64,000 bases of DNA from Octopus sinensis (GCF_006345805.1 NC_043000.1:162936001-163000000), one strand, 5' to 3'; counted from the first letter of the stretch, positions 40,111-54,071 are shown. Notes: a model not told the origin generated them from the sequence alone. Translations and numbers: made by a program.

Positions 40111-40869
40111 CCAATGGTTTAACATACATACATACATACATACATACGAATCACTATATTTTTTAAATGTTCAGCTGAACAACTTGCGTCATAAAACTTA
40201 AACAGCTCCCTCGTTTTTTCCCTCTAGCTTTTTTGAGACATCTTCAGTGATTTGCAGTTTGAGTAAGGGTAAATTTTAGCATGCAGACGAGAATTTACCT
40301 AACCCATGCATAAAATATCCCTAAGAATTATTCATAGCATTGAGTAAAACTATAAATATGTATCTAATGTATTTATTGATATAGCAGTACATACATCAAA
40401 AAAATATTTACTAAACAGCATTTCCCCACTCTATAATTCTTATTGTTACAAAAACTGATTGAGGATCAAAAGTATCTGTCTAGATTCACTTACAGCTGCT
40501 TCAAAAGCTGTTATTTTGTTTGTTGATTGAAATAATTACAAAAGAAAATAATTATATATAATTATTTTAAACTGTGTGAATGAGTAGGATTTGGCAGAGC
40601 GATGGCCACACAGAATTTGGTTACATCTCTACATTCCAAGTTAATCTTTTAATTTTGCATTCCATCCTTTCTGCGTCAATTACATTAACTAAATTTACAC
40701 CACCACCCTCCAACTATAGAGATTATGACTTAATATCAAAAACCATTATTATTAAAGTAGCATGGTAATTTTTTGAAATTTATGCTAGTTCCTATAAGTT
40801 GTCAAAAACCACGTCGGTTTTATTAATTATAGAGAATGGGGCTAATCACGGTCAATTAGAGACGACGAG

Positions 40870-41090
40870 TCAATTCTTAGATTCAAATTTGGCACAAGGC
40901 GAGGAATTTCGGGGAGAGTTAAGTCGATTACATTGACCCCAGTGTTCAACTGGTACTTATTTTATCGACTCCGAAAATATGAAAGGTAAGGTGACCTCGG
41001 CGGAATTCGAACTCAGAACGTAAAAACTGTGGAAATGCTGCTAAGCATTTTGCCCGGCATGCTAACGGTTCTGCCAGTTGGCCACCTAGA
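40870..41090 (-). mobile_element. Nin/Deu-type SINE
   Basis: gtgacctcggcggaattcgaactcagaac..tgctaacggttctgccag. Confidence 0.8.
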
Positions 41091-41915
41091 CGAGACACAT
41101 TGTTGATAACTGGATAACTTTGTAACTGCTTCCAAGTGTTCTCCATTGCGTGTGTTACGTCATAAAGCATAACAGAAAACATATTCAAAAAAGCAAAGAC
41201 AAAGATAAATGCACATCAGTAATTATTATGTAGAGGTTCACCTTTATATCTATCTGAATATGGTCTTCTCTATCGCATATGGCTTGTAGAAATATTTATT
41301 AAAGTAATGCATAGACGTTGGTTAAATCATCTGCAGTAAACATCTTTTTCGGCCTCCAGCCAGGTGAAAAAGCATACTCAGTGAAGTTTATGTCTTAACG
41401 AATCCCAATAGTATTTGAGAAATTCCATAAAAACACACCCAGAAAAGAAATAGCAACAAAAATGGTTTTGCAATAGAGAACTCATAAAAGGAAAGCCAGC
41501 GCCCATGGGTTTTTTCTTAAAGGTCTGTGAGAGGTTGAGGAAGAGTTAAAGAAACCATGACTCATGGATTTAAATCTTCCAACAGACAGCCAACAGTGAT
41601 GCCTGCTGGGTTCAACTACTTCACATTGATAAGGGGCAAATACCCTGAAACTAGTCAGTGGATGTCTGAACCAGCATGGGAAAGCTGATGACCTTCCCTG
41701 ATCGAAGGTTGTAATGGTCACAGGTCTGTGTGTCATATAACTAGCTAGAGGCGATGACCTCTTGGAGCTATTCAACAGCAGCATTCGTCCTATTTTTCTG
41801 GACTGCCATGTTAGCTTGGTGATAACTATTAATATCCAGTACTGCTGCCGTAGTCTCCTTTAGAGGGATTTAAAAATAATATATATATAACATACATACT
41901 ATTATGACGTAGTTA

Positions 41916-43990
41916 CTCGTCGCCAATTGTTGTAGTATCGCCTCTATTTATGAGGATAATTATTTATACTATAACCGTGTAGTAACAATAAAACATATAA
42001 CGAAGCGGGGTAACAACAACGTAACAATCCAACAAACTCTCCACGAACTATACACAAACCAACAACCGATATTCCGACTAACTATCAAAATGACACCTTA
42101 AGACTTCCTGCAATTAACGCCTACTCCCTCTGCCTCTCACTCAGACCGCTACTATTTATAGTCATTCGGTCAAGTCTATTTTTGTTGGAGGTGTCGTGAC
42201 TCTCGCCACAACACCCCTCCTTTCGAGATTTCGACTTCCGTAGGAAACAAAATTTATTTTATTATTATTAGCTTCTTTTTCTTTCTTTCCAACACCTTTC
42301 CCTTTTTGAAATTTTGTTTCCCTGGGGAGTTCAGTACCTTTTCTGCTTAGGAATTATGTCTAAATGTTCAGTCTATTTACGTTTTTTGTGATTGCTCCTT
42401 CTAGGCTCAATCTCTTTCAGTGCTGGCACATCGAGCATGTCGTAAAACACTTCCATTGGAATTTCCTTCCTTTCTTCAGTATGTCTGATTTAAAATTTAT
42501 TTAAGTGTCGTTTTTACTCCCATCGCTGACCTTTTATTAAAAACATCAGGTTTGCAATTCTTTTAGCCACTATGCCATCTTGCCAACTCTCTTTACCGTT
42601 CTTGTATACTTTGAAATGGACTCTCTCTCTCCGACATAAAAATGTTTAGTTGAATGTTTTTGTATTTTCTCATTAGGTTTCTTTATTTTTTCTTTTTTTT
42701 TTTGCCTTTGGCAACAATTTGTCGAAGATCGATTTAATCTTTTGAGCGAACATTAGCTCTGCAGGTGACTTGCCTGAACTGGAATTCGGATTTGGCGTTA
42801 TTCTGTACCCCATTAAGAATATAGTTAGCGATTCGTCATTTCCCAACTCGTTCTTTGCTTTTTGTAGCGCTCGCTTGAAAGTATCTACGAATCGTTCTGC
42901 TTGCCCATTTCACCTCGGGGGTGGAAGGAGTGTGCAAACATGAGCTTGATGCATGCATTTTGCAGAATTTTTTGAACTCGTATCCTGTAAATTGTGTTCC
43001 ACTATCCGATACTATTGTGTCCGAAACAGCGTATCAAGTTCATGCAGGAACTTTATAGTTGCTTTTGAGGTAGGTTGACTGCACCTACATACTTCTGGCA
43101 ACGTGGTAAAGCTATCAACAATGATCAAGTAGTAGGCGCTATTCACTGGTCCAGCGTAGTCTATACGTACCCTGGGCCACGGACTATTGGTATTTCATCG
43201 GTGGTGCCTTGGCTGCTAGCGCACAACTTCTACATGATTTTACCAAATTTTCAATATCCCGGTCCATTGTCGGCCAATACACGTAACTCCTCACCAAAGC
43301 TTTCGTTCTTGACATCTCCGAGTGTTCGCTATGAAATTCATGTAATATCCGTTTCTGAAGAGCAGTTGCTACTACCACTCTTTGTTCGTACACTAATACA
43401 AAGTCGCAGAGTGAAACATGGTTCGCATTCATGTTTTTCTTAAATTTCTTTTTCAAGGTTTCCGTTGAGAAAACTTTAGAATTTTCTAAGCTCGACCTTC
43501 CTAACTTTGCTCTGCAATTTGAGCTCGTGTCCCACATTTTGGCAACTGTAACATTTTTGCGTTTTGAAAGGACAATCCTTCCTGAAACGCAGGGCTCCAT
43601 ATCCGTAGCATGGGTTTGGTCTTAACATTTTTTATACCTTCCCGGTATAAAGCTTGTTGAGAACTCCTCTTCGATTTTCTTTACGTCCTGACGGAAGTTT
43701 ACCACTCTTTGACACTCCTCTGCAACTGTCTTCAGGGTTAATTTTTGGTCCGTTTGTTCAAGTTTTGTGAGACTTCTTGCATGTATCTCCGCATCTTTGT
43801 TTTTCCATAAGCCTTTGTACAAAAATGAGGCATTTAAACATATCAGGTGTTAGTTCCTTCAATTTAAACCTTTCGCACATTCGATTTACGGTCCCGACAT
43901 AGTGGCAAAATCTTCATCCTCTTTTTTTAAACTAGATATCAACAATCCCATCGAGTGTTTAATAGGGAACTCTTATCACTGAATATTTTT
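41916..43990 (-). mobile_element. Internally deleted Gypsy element: gag fragment, integrase, PPT, LTR (41928-42213), PBS
   Basis: gag KDAEIHARSLTKLEQ..TVAEECQR joined to IN H2C2 (EFHSEH..YWPTMDRDIENLVKSCRSC) and rve (DYAGP..IVSDSGTQF..ERFVDTFKRAL). PPT aaaggagggg; LTR TGTTGT..ACAACA. Confidence 0.88.
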
Positions 43991-44125
43991 GATAGTAGTT
44001 CCACTGTTTGCTGGAAACAAATTTCACTAGTTTTTGCGGGGAAGTATGAAATAACAATATTTTTCATGTTCAGCGGCGCTAATTTACGTATTAATAGTTT
44101 TACTTTTTAGTTTCCGTTAGGTATG

Positions 44126-44421
44126 CTTCATAGGATTCCTTTCACGCTAGAAGGAACAGCTTGCGCAGTGGATTTGGAAAGTTATAGTGTATAGGCAAAA
44201 GGCACATGCTGGATTTGTCTCGTACTTATATGTTTAATCTAGGCGTACCTGTTGATGAAGACTTCACCTAGCACATTGTTTTATTTGCTAAAAAACGTCA
44301 GAAGCCATGGTCCAGGAAATAGATGGTAAATTTTTTTATTTTTCATTCCCTTTGAGTTTTTATCCCTAATAGTGGTTTGGAGTTTAGCTGTTCCTTCTAG
44401 CGTGAAAGAAATTCTATGAAG
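44126..44421. mobile_element. MITE with 36-bp TIRs next to (TA)n
   Basis: cttcataggattcctttcacgctagaaggaacagct / agctgttccttctagcgtgaaagaaattctatgaag, 2 mismatches. Confidence 0.75.
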
Positions 44422-44482
<61 letters not shown>

Positions 44483-45479
44483 ATTCATTAATTTTCTACT
44501 AGCCAGAATTACTTCTCTCTTCTTATTTAGATTTTTTCTTGTTCCACACAGAATTATATATAAAATGACATAAAATACGATAGGAAGAATGAAGTAGTAT
44601 TTGATGTGCTATCGCTAACTATGGACAGGGAAGATGAAGATGTTCGTCACGATGATATTACTCATCCTGAAATTGTGACGCTTTATTCCGTGCAGAAGAT
44701 CATGAAGAGTGAGACCTTGCAGAATTTTAACAAACTTTTGTGTTTGAAATATTTAAGATGCACCTTTTAATTGCAATTTCAAACTGAGTCAAATTTCTGC
44801 TCGATCCTTGATAATACTTCTTGCTATTGTCATTAATTTTATGTCTGTTTTATATTTAATGATTTTAAGCCACATTGAATTAAAATAAAAAATGCAACTT
44901 GTTCAGTAAACAATGCTATTTGTGCGGAGAATGACCTTGTGTTTCTACCTCTTTTATCAGTTCTGGTATTTAATCTTAAACGGCATTCAATACATTAAAA
45001 ATACAAATGCAGCACCGTGTGAGTTCAACAACGAATATAAATAATGTAATAGGTGAGTTGTAAAGTGAAAGACATCAAATAAACGACAGCCGAGTAGATG
45101 TCGGTTATGTATTCTTTATTAAGGTAAGTTAGTAATAATAAACAATAACGAGATGTAAATTTATTTTTCTAAGCATTTATAAGAGGTGCGGAGACGTATT
45201 CACAACCGTGTGTTTTCACATGTAAATTCAGTACTACTACAGTCCTCCACTGTGCTTTTCAGTTCGTCCAGAAATCGTTTGGGCTTTTGCTGCTACTAAT
45301 ACACTATTTTAAATTCTTTCCCCTCAAAAAGTAGTAACCATGTAATAGGCGACCCCATTAATTTAAGCTTAGAATGGCCTACAAATGCGACTTTAACGAG
45401 AGTATACACACACACACACACACACACATAAATATAATCGACACAATAAATATACCAATATATATGTATATATAAGGGA

Positions 45480-45619
45480 ACATATGTGACTGTGTGGTAG
45501 GAAGCTTGCTTCCTAACCACATTGTGCCTGGTTCAGTCCCGCTGCGTGGGCCAGTGTCTTCTACTATAGCCTCCGGCTAACCAAGGCCTTCTGATTTGGT
45601 AGACGGAAACTGAAACCCC

Positions 45620-45620
<1 letters not shown>
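45480..45620 (+). mobile_element. OK-like SINE 5' fragment
   Basis: gactgtgtggtaggaagcttgc..gtgtcttctactatagcc..tttggtagacggaaactgaaa. Confidence 0.75.
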
Positions 45621-45670
<50 letters not shown>

Positions 45671-45700
45671 ATGCATACATATATGTGTGTGTGTGCGTGC

Positions 45701-45741
<41 letters not shown>

Positions 45742-45870
45742 TGTGAGTTTGTATGTGTATTTCGTCAGTCGATAACTGATGAAGAATTGTGGACTTTGTG
45801 TCTCCCGTTCGTTTTTACATTCAGTATACGTTATTTCGTTTGTTTATTTACCATACATTATTTCATTTAT

Positions 45871-45920
<50 letters not shown>

Positions 45921-46582
45921 GGCACTCACAAACACATATATACGTACATACACACACATATAAATCGGAACGGGGGAGACGGATGCAGCAAGAGTATGAG
46001 AGCATAAGCAATATATCCTGTACAGAGTACATTGATTAATTTTCCTCAATCTCCGGTCGACGAATATTAGATACTCTGAAGTGATAACATGATAACAACA
46101 CACGCGCTGACATCACTTCAGCCTCCAGATGTAACTTCGAAGGATTAGAAACATCAACGATAAAAGAGATAAAAGTACAAAGCAGTTAGGATTTTAATAC
46201 TTTTAAAAATATTTAAAATATTTACGAATATATTTGAGTGTATATACCAGTGATGGGTAACTATCCGGAGAATTTATCAAAACGATTGTACAGTAGTTTA
46301 TTTAGTCCGGTCCAGGGGCCTAAATGTGTATGTGCCTGTATGTGTGTTTGTGGTGTGGTGGGAGGCATGTGAAGTGTTGAAGGGATGTTTGATGAAAAGG
46401 ATCGTTAAAACATGTAATCTGTCTTGTCATATTTACTATACTTAGCCTTCAATAAACAGAGGTTTATATACTGCGTACATGACAAACTAAGAGGGCCATA
46501 AACATCGAAAAGAAAATCTGGAACGTAGTGCCCGAGTTATGGCTGAATTTTAACGCCGAAAGTAGGAAAAGAATAGACTTAC

Positions 46583-46630
46583 TTGTAAAACCATAGCGAA
46601 TTGTATGAGATTGGTAAACCTCCATGTTGC
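46583..46630 (-). CDS. Candidate first coding exon of gene A (48 nt, MEVYQSHTIRYGFT, phase-1 donor)
   Basis: tttttacag|gcaacATGG..ACAA|gtaagt: good acceptor, Kozak context and donor; phase fits the terminal exon. No transcript evidence. Confidence 0.4.
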
Positions 46631-47844
46631 CTGTAAAAATTATTTGAATAGATAAAACTTTATGGAAAGTAATAAGTAACTAAATCATTCTAGTGTGTGA
46701 AATGTTTCTTTTGTTCGATACAAGGTCGAAATATACGCCGAAAACGAGACTAAAAGAGTGAGGCAGGTGTAAGGCGATAAGAAGTTTAGTGAGTATCAAA
46801 TAAATGCAACCATGCATGACAGCCGATTTCTGTGAAGCTCACGGGTCAGCTTTTTCCGTTTTGGCTTATGTTCATAAAGATGGCCAATGTTACGCACAAA
46901 GTTTATTGTGACGTCAAAGGTTTGTCCATATATATAAGTGGATCAATTTCATACATTTTACCTGTTATTTGCTTCGACTATCAAATAAGAATGCACGACA
47001 CGCAGAGATTGGTTAAGGACAAGCTTCTATGAACAAACAGCGTTAATGATGTCACAAATGAATTCGATCGTAGGAAGTGGGTTGAGAAGAAACTATAGCT
47101 TGTTTTTCTACGTTCGGTTGGGTATTGTGATTTGACAAACAGATTATATCCTCGTAAACAATTTCAGCTTTCTTGTAACCTTTTATATTCAAAAATTTCT
47201 CGTGTGTTGCTATTTCAGTAACATTAGATGACATTTAATTTTTCTACCCATAATTCCGTGGTGTTTTCATATTGTTTATGTCTATTGTTAGAATTGGTAG
47301 ACCAGTGATAATTTATTTCAGTAAAATCTAGTTTGGAATTTTATTTTATTTTATTTATCTGTTTTTATTGAAATACTGAAGAAGTATATATGTTGTGCTC
47401 TGAAATAGAATAGACATAGGTTTCAAGCAGGGCTCATCGTTTTCTCTGATACACTTTCTAGTCGCAAACCTCAAAATATTTTAAATAGCTATACGGAAAC
47501 TTAATCTTCTTCCGCTTTGTTATTATTTTCAATGACATTGTCTTTCATACAAGCAGGGTCAATATCATGACTATGAAACTAGATTCTTTTGCTGATTAAA
47601 TCGACAATACTCATGTACTGATGTAAGACACCCTTATTTGCAAATTAATGACGATAGAGGTGTTGCTGACTTTTGATTTATTTTGGTTTCTCCTTTTTGG
47701 TTCAGTAATCGATGGAATATTATAGTAATATCCTGAGGTAGGAGTAAATTACTCAAACAGTAATAAAAAGACATCTGCAATGAAGAGACATTGTTGATAT
47801 TCAATGCACAAAGTGGTATATTAGATGACAATATTGTTTTCAAA

Positions 47845-48030
47845 TTTTGGCACACGGCCAGAAATTTCGGAAGTCGATCACATCGACCCCAGTGGTACTT
47901 ATTTCATCGGCCCCCGAAAGTATGAAAGGCAAAGTTGATCTCGACGGAATTTGAACTCAGAACGTAAAGTCGGAGAAATTCTGTTCAACATATTATCCTG
48001 AATGGTACCGTGTCTGCCAGCTCGCCGCCT
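47845..48030 (-). mobile_element. Nin/Deu-type SINE
   Basis: ggcaaagttgatctcgacggaatttgaactcagaac. Confidence 0.75.
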
Positions 48031-49489
48031 TACCTGGGTACACAATATTAGTGCCGAATCTCAGGTTCTGCTTCACTTATAAATACTGATATTATTGTTA
48101 TTAAGAGAAGGGCAATTTTAGAAATAATACAGGAATGCAATGAATTTCTTATATGAAGAAATATTTTTATATTTATGTGTGCCTTTCAACCCTCCAAAAT
48201 TCGTAAAACAAATACTAGTAATAAAATAGTGGTCACTATAATCGGTTATACGTGTCACTTTCGATAATTAATGTGTCTAATTAAGAAATTAGATTTATTT
48301 CGCATTTATTTGATATTTAGCTTAAGCAAACTTAAGCACATTCTTTTTGTCTGAAAAAATGAAGAGAATCGCAATTAGTTGAATTGAGATGTCTGCAATT
48401 CATATTAGTCTCCGTTTTTATATGAACAGTTGATTCCGCTAAGCTGAGATTCAGTTTTAAACCATACGGCAGTGGCAGTGTGCTAAGACTAACATCACTT
48501 TGAAAACTTTGTTTATAAGCTGTGTTGAATCCAAGCCTACCTCTGTCAGCATTGATCAAATGATAAAAAGTCAAGTGAGTGTATCAGATAGATTGTTTAT
48601 AGGTCGATAAAATAAATACCACAAATGTACTGGAAATCCACTAAATCGACTCCATACATTGCATAAAATTATTACTGTCTCTAAAGTAATATTACCGTAG
48701 AGCAATAGATAAAACCTGAGGTAGACGAAACTGTCATGCAGTACCAATGTCCGAAGGAAAATGAAGATACTAATGCTCATAAGAAAAATTATTAACTTGA
48801 TAATTTCCCTTCCTCTAATGACACAGGGCTGTCTTGTCTTGTCAACAATAACCATTTATTATTACGACTAAAAAGAAGGAAGAAATTTAATGGATAATGG
48901 TGATTCTTTATTACCCACTAGGGGCGACCATCTGCAACAGCTTCACCAGTGTAATGCTAATGAAATTATTCATTCATATAGCTGTACTTTAATCAACACA
49001 CATCTAACTCAGAGGAGATTTCGAGGAAAATGCGTGTGAGAGTGGGATTGAAGGGATCCATTTAGAGTTAAGTACTATGATATCTCTATTTCTAAATATG
49101 TTGCTCTAATTCATTGTATAATAAAGATTTTGAAGCTTATGGGTGGGTTGCACAAAGCTTGAGAACGAAGATGTGTGATCTTACAATACATTTTACCCTT
49201 ATGTGTATGCAATGTTTAATCTGTAACTGTAATTGTAAATTGGACCTTGAGCAAAATAATTTGTCGACTTGAAACTGGATTGTATATGGGACTGGTTTGC
49301 GAGGCCTAAATACAGGCTTTAATCAGGTTTTAGCGACAAACTTGCTCTGTATAACTTACAACGCCCCAATGAACCTTTGAAAACGGATGAATATATTTCT
49401 TTCAGTAAATTAGTAAAAGAGTGGGATGTTGCAACTTGGAATTAACTGTTCATAGACTCACTCGAAGTGTTTGAATTTAAGCAAACACT

Positions 49490-51334
49490 TTACTACTTAC
49501 TACGGTTTACTACTTAAGTCTAGTGTAGTGTTCCAATCTAAACCCAGTAAATCTAAGTCATATCGATTTGTCAAAAAGCAAGCCCTGTTAAAAGTATTTG
49601 AATCGAACTGTACTTTACACTCTGATCATACCAATAAGTTTTAAACCTGATGCGTTCTTAAAAACGTGTTCTGTCTCAACAATGTGGGAAACCAAGTTGC
49701 TTCCAAGTTTTGCGAGAAATCAATGTGATATGAAATGCAATTTAACCTGGAGGATCATTTATTTAAACAATTAAATACTTGTGGTATTTTTGAAAATCCA
49801 TTTTAAAACTGGTATAAATCGTAGCAACTTGATTTCTTGAATTCTTGATTTGTAACAGCCGAAAACTTGAGACGAGACATTTTGCTTACCTCCTCTGAAA
49901 GCCAATACTTTCCATATGACCGAACTTACTGCATTATTGACAATTGTGTTGCTTGCGAGGGAAAAACTTTACATAATGTCTAGCACCGCAAACCAACATA
50001 GCTGGAAATGAGCGGGATTTCTTTTCTATCAATAGGTAATAGCTTGGAATCAGTTTTCACTTGATTTACTGACACTAAACTTGATAATTAGTCACTCGTT
50101 TCAATCATCTTCGTGCCGTACTTCAAGTATATTGACTTTTGGTACTCTTTTCTGGCTTGCTGTACAGTCATTTCTGGTCGTAGTATTAATTGTGATAACA
50201 GTTTACTAATGTCTGCATACGATGGTGATTGTAGACCAGCAACGAAGATTAAATGTTTAAACTGTTAAAGAATTCAAATTAAAACTTTTACATTTGTGAA
50301 CTGCTATAGCAGACAAAATCACTCTCCCCAGACTTGGGAATTTTTTAATTTAAAACAACCGTGGTGTTTTATACATTATTTATATTATTTACATTCAACG
50401 GATATTTGTCCTCATCTTGTTTGTTGTTAACACAACATTTCGGCTGATATGCCCTCCAGCCTTCTTCAGGTGTCTTGGGGAAATTTCGAACCTAGGTTCT
50501 CATTTTTCGATGTTGTTGTTGTTCAGGTCACTGCTTGGAATCGAACTCGGAGTCTTGGGCTTAGTAGTCCACGCTCTAAACCACTACGCCATATGCCGAA
50601 ACGGTGTATTAACAACAAACGAGGACAAATATTCGTCGAATGTAAATAATGTAAATAATGCACATAATTCCTCATCTCTTAAATATAGAACTGCGGTGTC
50701 TTACGTGAAACAAAGATGAATTTGCACCAAAAATCTTCTGAAGTATTTCAACTCTCTCATTGAAAGGGATGCCTCGAAGATTCTTCGGTAGTTTACAGCT
50801 GTTTATTAGTTCAAAGTGTGTTTATTAGTTCAAAGCTTAGTTAATAGTAATCCTTAATATTCCAGCACCCAACGCTAAAAGTATCTCCAAAATGTGCAAA
50901 CCATGAATCAAAGGTAATATCAGCGACTGGAATTTGAAGCTGTCTGAGCTTCGTCACTGTTTGAATTGATAGTTAACTTTGAGGTTAGTCATTCAATAAT
51001 TTTAAACTGTGTTTTTGCTGACCTTGGAGAAGCGCTTCCATTTGTTCAAAAAGGATAGCTATTTTATCATCCCATCCTCGTCGATATTGTTGTAACTATG
51101 ACTGCAATCATAATTTGAGCCACGAGTACTAGACGATAAAAAATATGACCCATTAGACACCAGCGAAGAAGAAATAACTCGTTTTATATAATAACAATCG
51201 ACAACACAAAGTGTCTGTCAGACAAGAAACTCGGGCGAAAGCAGACACGTGGAAGGGAGACCGACTGCAAAGACGCGACCGGTTGAACGCCATAGTCACA
51301 TGCTGAAAATCTGTTAGTCGTCTTATCCCTAACA
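49490..51334 (-). mobile_element. Gypsy 5' half: LTR (51088-51334), degenerate PBS, gag, protease; interrupted at 50385-50700
   Basis: LTR TGTTA..CAACA then tatcgacgagg. gag TFDSWFAHF..ILQKIFGANSSLF..AGLQSPSYAD, zinc-knuckle remnant, protease ITLISRKTWKQLG..KNASG..LDLLGLDW. Confidence 0.78.
50385..50700 (-). mobile_element. tRNA-headed hammerhead-tailed element with inverted partial tail at its 5' side
   Basis: Head 50590-50520; hammerhead gacac CTGAAGA A GGCTG gagggcatat CAGCC GAAA tGTT gtgtt at 50474-50429; plus-strand partial tail 50594-50692. Possible degenerate TSD ggtgt(t/c)tta. Confidence 0.82.
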
Positions 51335-51366
<32 letters not shown>

Positions 51367-53608
51367 GTGTATGTGTGTGCACGTGCGTGCGAATGCGTGT
51401 GAAGGCGTGTAACCGAATGACTATGGTGTAGCGCACGCGATCATACGGTCTTGGGTTTGATTACTGAACCGGTCGAGCATTTTGTCCTTGAGCTGAGTAC
51501 TTTATTTCATTTTTAGGCTGGTCTAGGCAATGTACCTCAAAATAAGTACGATTCAGGTGCTGTTGCAGCTCTCACTCTTTCTAGTTGTCACATGTTTGAT
51601 AATGAAGAATGTGATGGTTGTAAGAGTGGCTGTATTTGTTCGTGACTAAAGCAGTTAACGAAAGCCTTGTTCATGCTACCATACAGGCTTCAGAGTGATA
51701 ACTATGAATTTCTTTTTATATGTATATTCGGCAAGTGGTACGTTATTTGACAGGTAAAATGGAGTGTTATTTACTCTGTCAAGTTAAAACCTTTAGGTGG
51801 TCTTAAGCTTTAGACAAATAGAGTTTGATAAAATAAATACTAAATTACCGGGTCTATAACATCAATTAACTTCAAGAAAAATTTATTTTACCACAAAGTT
51901 AAAATATTGTAAGTACAACAAAATATAATACGAAGGGATAATTCCACTGTGCACCATCCTTCCCATTCAGTTTTATGCTAAAATAATTTTTTGACTCAAC
52001 CAAAAAGTCAAGACAATTTTTTTCTTTGCAAGTGTATGTATTTTGCACTATTAACTCAAAGCTACTCATACCAGAATCTATGGTTTCGATACACGTAAAT
52101 CTACTTCCATTACGTTTTCTCTGTACACGATGTTATTGTTATCCTACAATTCGTAGCTCGCTCAGTAAACATTTAAATAATATAACAAATTTACAAGTTT
52201 CGAAAAACACAAATTCCTTTTGGTTTTATTTTTTGATATGTTGCTTAGTAATTATCGGTAAAATATTTGGATATCCTACCTTCAATATTTTGTGAAACAT
52301 CAGCATCGATACTCAGACAAGTAAAACAATAAGACAATATAGAAACTGGACAATATCTGAGTTATATAATTTTCTTGTAAAAATATATATATATAGATAT
52401 ATGTATAAAACTATAATACAAAGAAAGTATTCAGGGTTGGTGTCAGCAAAACAGTCAATCAAATTCGTAATATTTATATTAAATGTCATTTAATGAGTTC
52501 TGCATACAATCAAGAGAAGAGAATTGTAACATTTTTGGAAGAGGCCTTCTCCTGAGAAATAAAAAAAATTACGGAACGTGTATAAAATTATATTCTTACA
52601 TCACAGACAGGGTTCTTTCTCGTGGGGTGGGTTTAGGAAATGAAGCACATACGGTGCATTTAAATGTACAACTATTTAACACTTTTCCAAAGGAAGGCTC
52701 TACCTGTAATGTTAGAATCCACTTTTCATTATATGACATGAATTTATTTAATATTAAGAATTTTAATATTTATTTGGTAAATTGAATGTTACAATATAGA
52801 GTAATCAGGTGATTTAACGCATCATTTGTCAGATGAACGTTTAAGTTGCATGAATGTTCTTGATGAAATCTGACTGATTTCGAGATGGAACCAATAAAAC
52901 CTTAACCCTCATGAGAGGCTTTGAACACAGCACAAGTTAATTAGATGCTCATCGACTTTTACAGTTCTGTAGTGCTTACTGCACTAAACCATTTTATATT
53001 GCGGTATCTTCAGAAAACCATTGACATACTATGATGTCGGTGAGAAGATACCGACAATTTACAATTTTCACTTAGTCACCTGACACCCTTGTACATTCAA
53101 CAAGTGTTTTCAGTTTCCTAAATATACTAAAGTCAGGTTCCTCCGCAGGCCTGGATTAAACAACGCGGAGCTGACCAAGTAATGAACCTCAAATATTTTG
53201 AACAGTTTTGGCATTTTAGCTATAACCGATTAGGTTTGAGTGTTATATTTGGTATGCAACAGTCGATCACCCGTTGAAGTCAGCCCTCTCTTTGGTATTG
53301 ACCGCTAGATGAATGCCTTCCACAATGAGGTCTTTATGAATATGGGTTAACATTAGAACTAGAATTAGAGTGTTAGTTAAGGTTAAGTCTAAGAATATTG
53401 TAAACCCGTAAAATTAGTCTTTTCATAACTTATATATAAAGTTTAAAAATTTGGCTTTTGCAGTGTCAATTCGTATTCTCTCATTTCCTTTTGAATTGTG
53501 GCACCATGGTCAGCAAAAGTAAATTTGGCAGCTGTTTATTGCTGATTGACCCGTAGTGCTATTGTTTAAATTTGTTTCGTTTTCCTCTTTCAGTAAAGCA
53601 TTGTTTTT

Positions 53609-53916
53609 TCAAGCTGCTGCCAAGTAGTACTTTTCCCCATTTTCTACTGTCTCCAAAGTCGGTTTCGATATAATGGAAATACTGAATGATGGTATAACTA
53701 CAGGAACTGAGTTGATATCGTGATTAGGTTCAGCAGGTGGCGAAGATGATTGTTTCCTGTGACGATGGAACATGAAACATTTACATAAAAGTACTAAAAT
53801 GATTAGCAATAAAAATCCTCCAAGGGCAAAAGAGAATTCTATTGTTTCTACATTCATTTTTGTGGTTACGCTTGGTGGTAGCCACCAACCATCGAATGGT
53901 ATTTCATTATTCTCCG
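53609..53916 (-). CDS. Terminal coding exon of small single-pass membrane protein B (paralog of A)
   Basis: ttttatttgcag| phase-1 acceptor; ENNEIPFDGWWLPPSVTTKMNVETIE, TM FSFALGGFLLLIILVLLCKCFMF, basic HRHRK, tail ending PTLETVENGEKYYLAAA*. Confidence 0.78.
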
Positions 53917-54071
53917 CTGCAAATAAAATAGAAACGGGTATATTAGAAGAGACATATTAATGAGTTTGAATATAGAAACATGTCTTTGTATGTGTAGAAG
54001 TCTGTACGTATATAAAACACAACATACCTGTACACATGCACACTGACACATAAATCGAAAACATACGAATA

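Noticed and set aside
48332-48855. Two overlapping minus-strand ORFs, one hydrophobic
   Set aside because: No recognisable motif, no splice support and no similarity to the A/B C-terminal motif; hydrophobic ORFs are common in AT-rich DNA.
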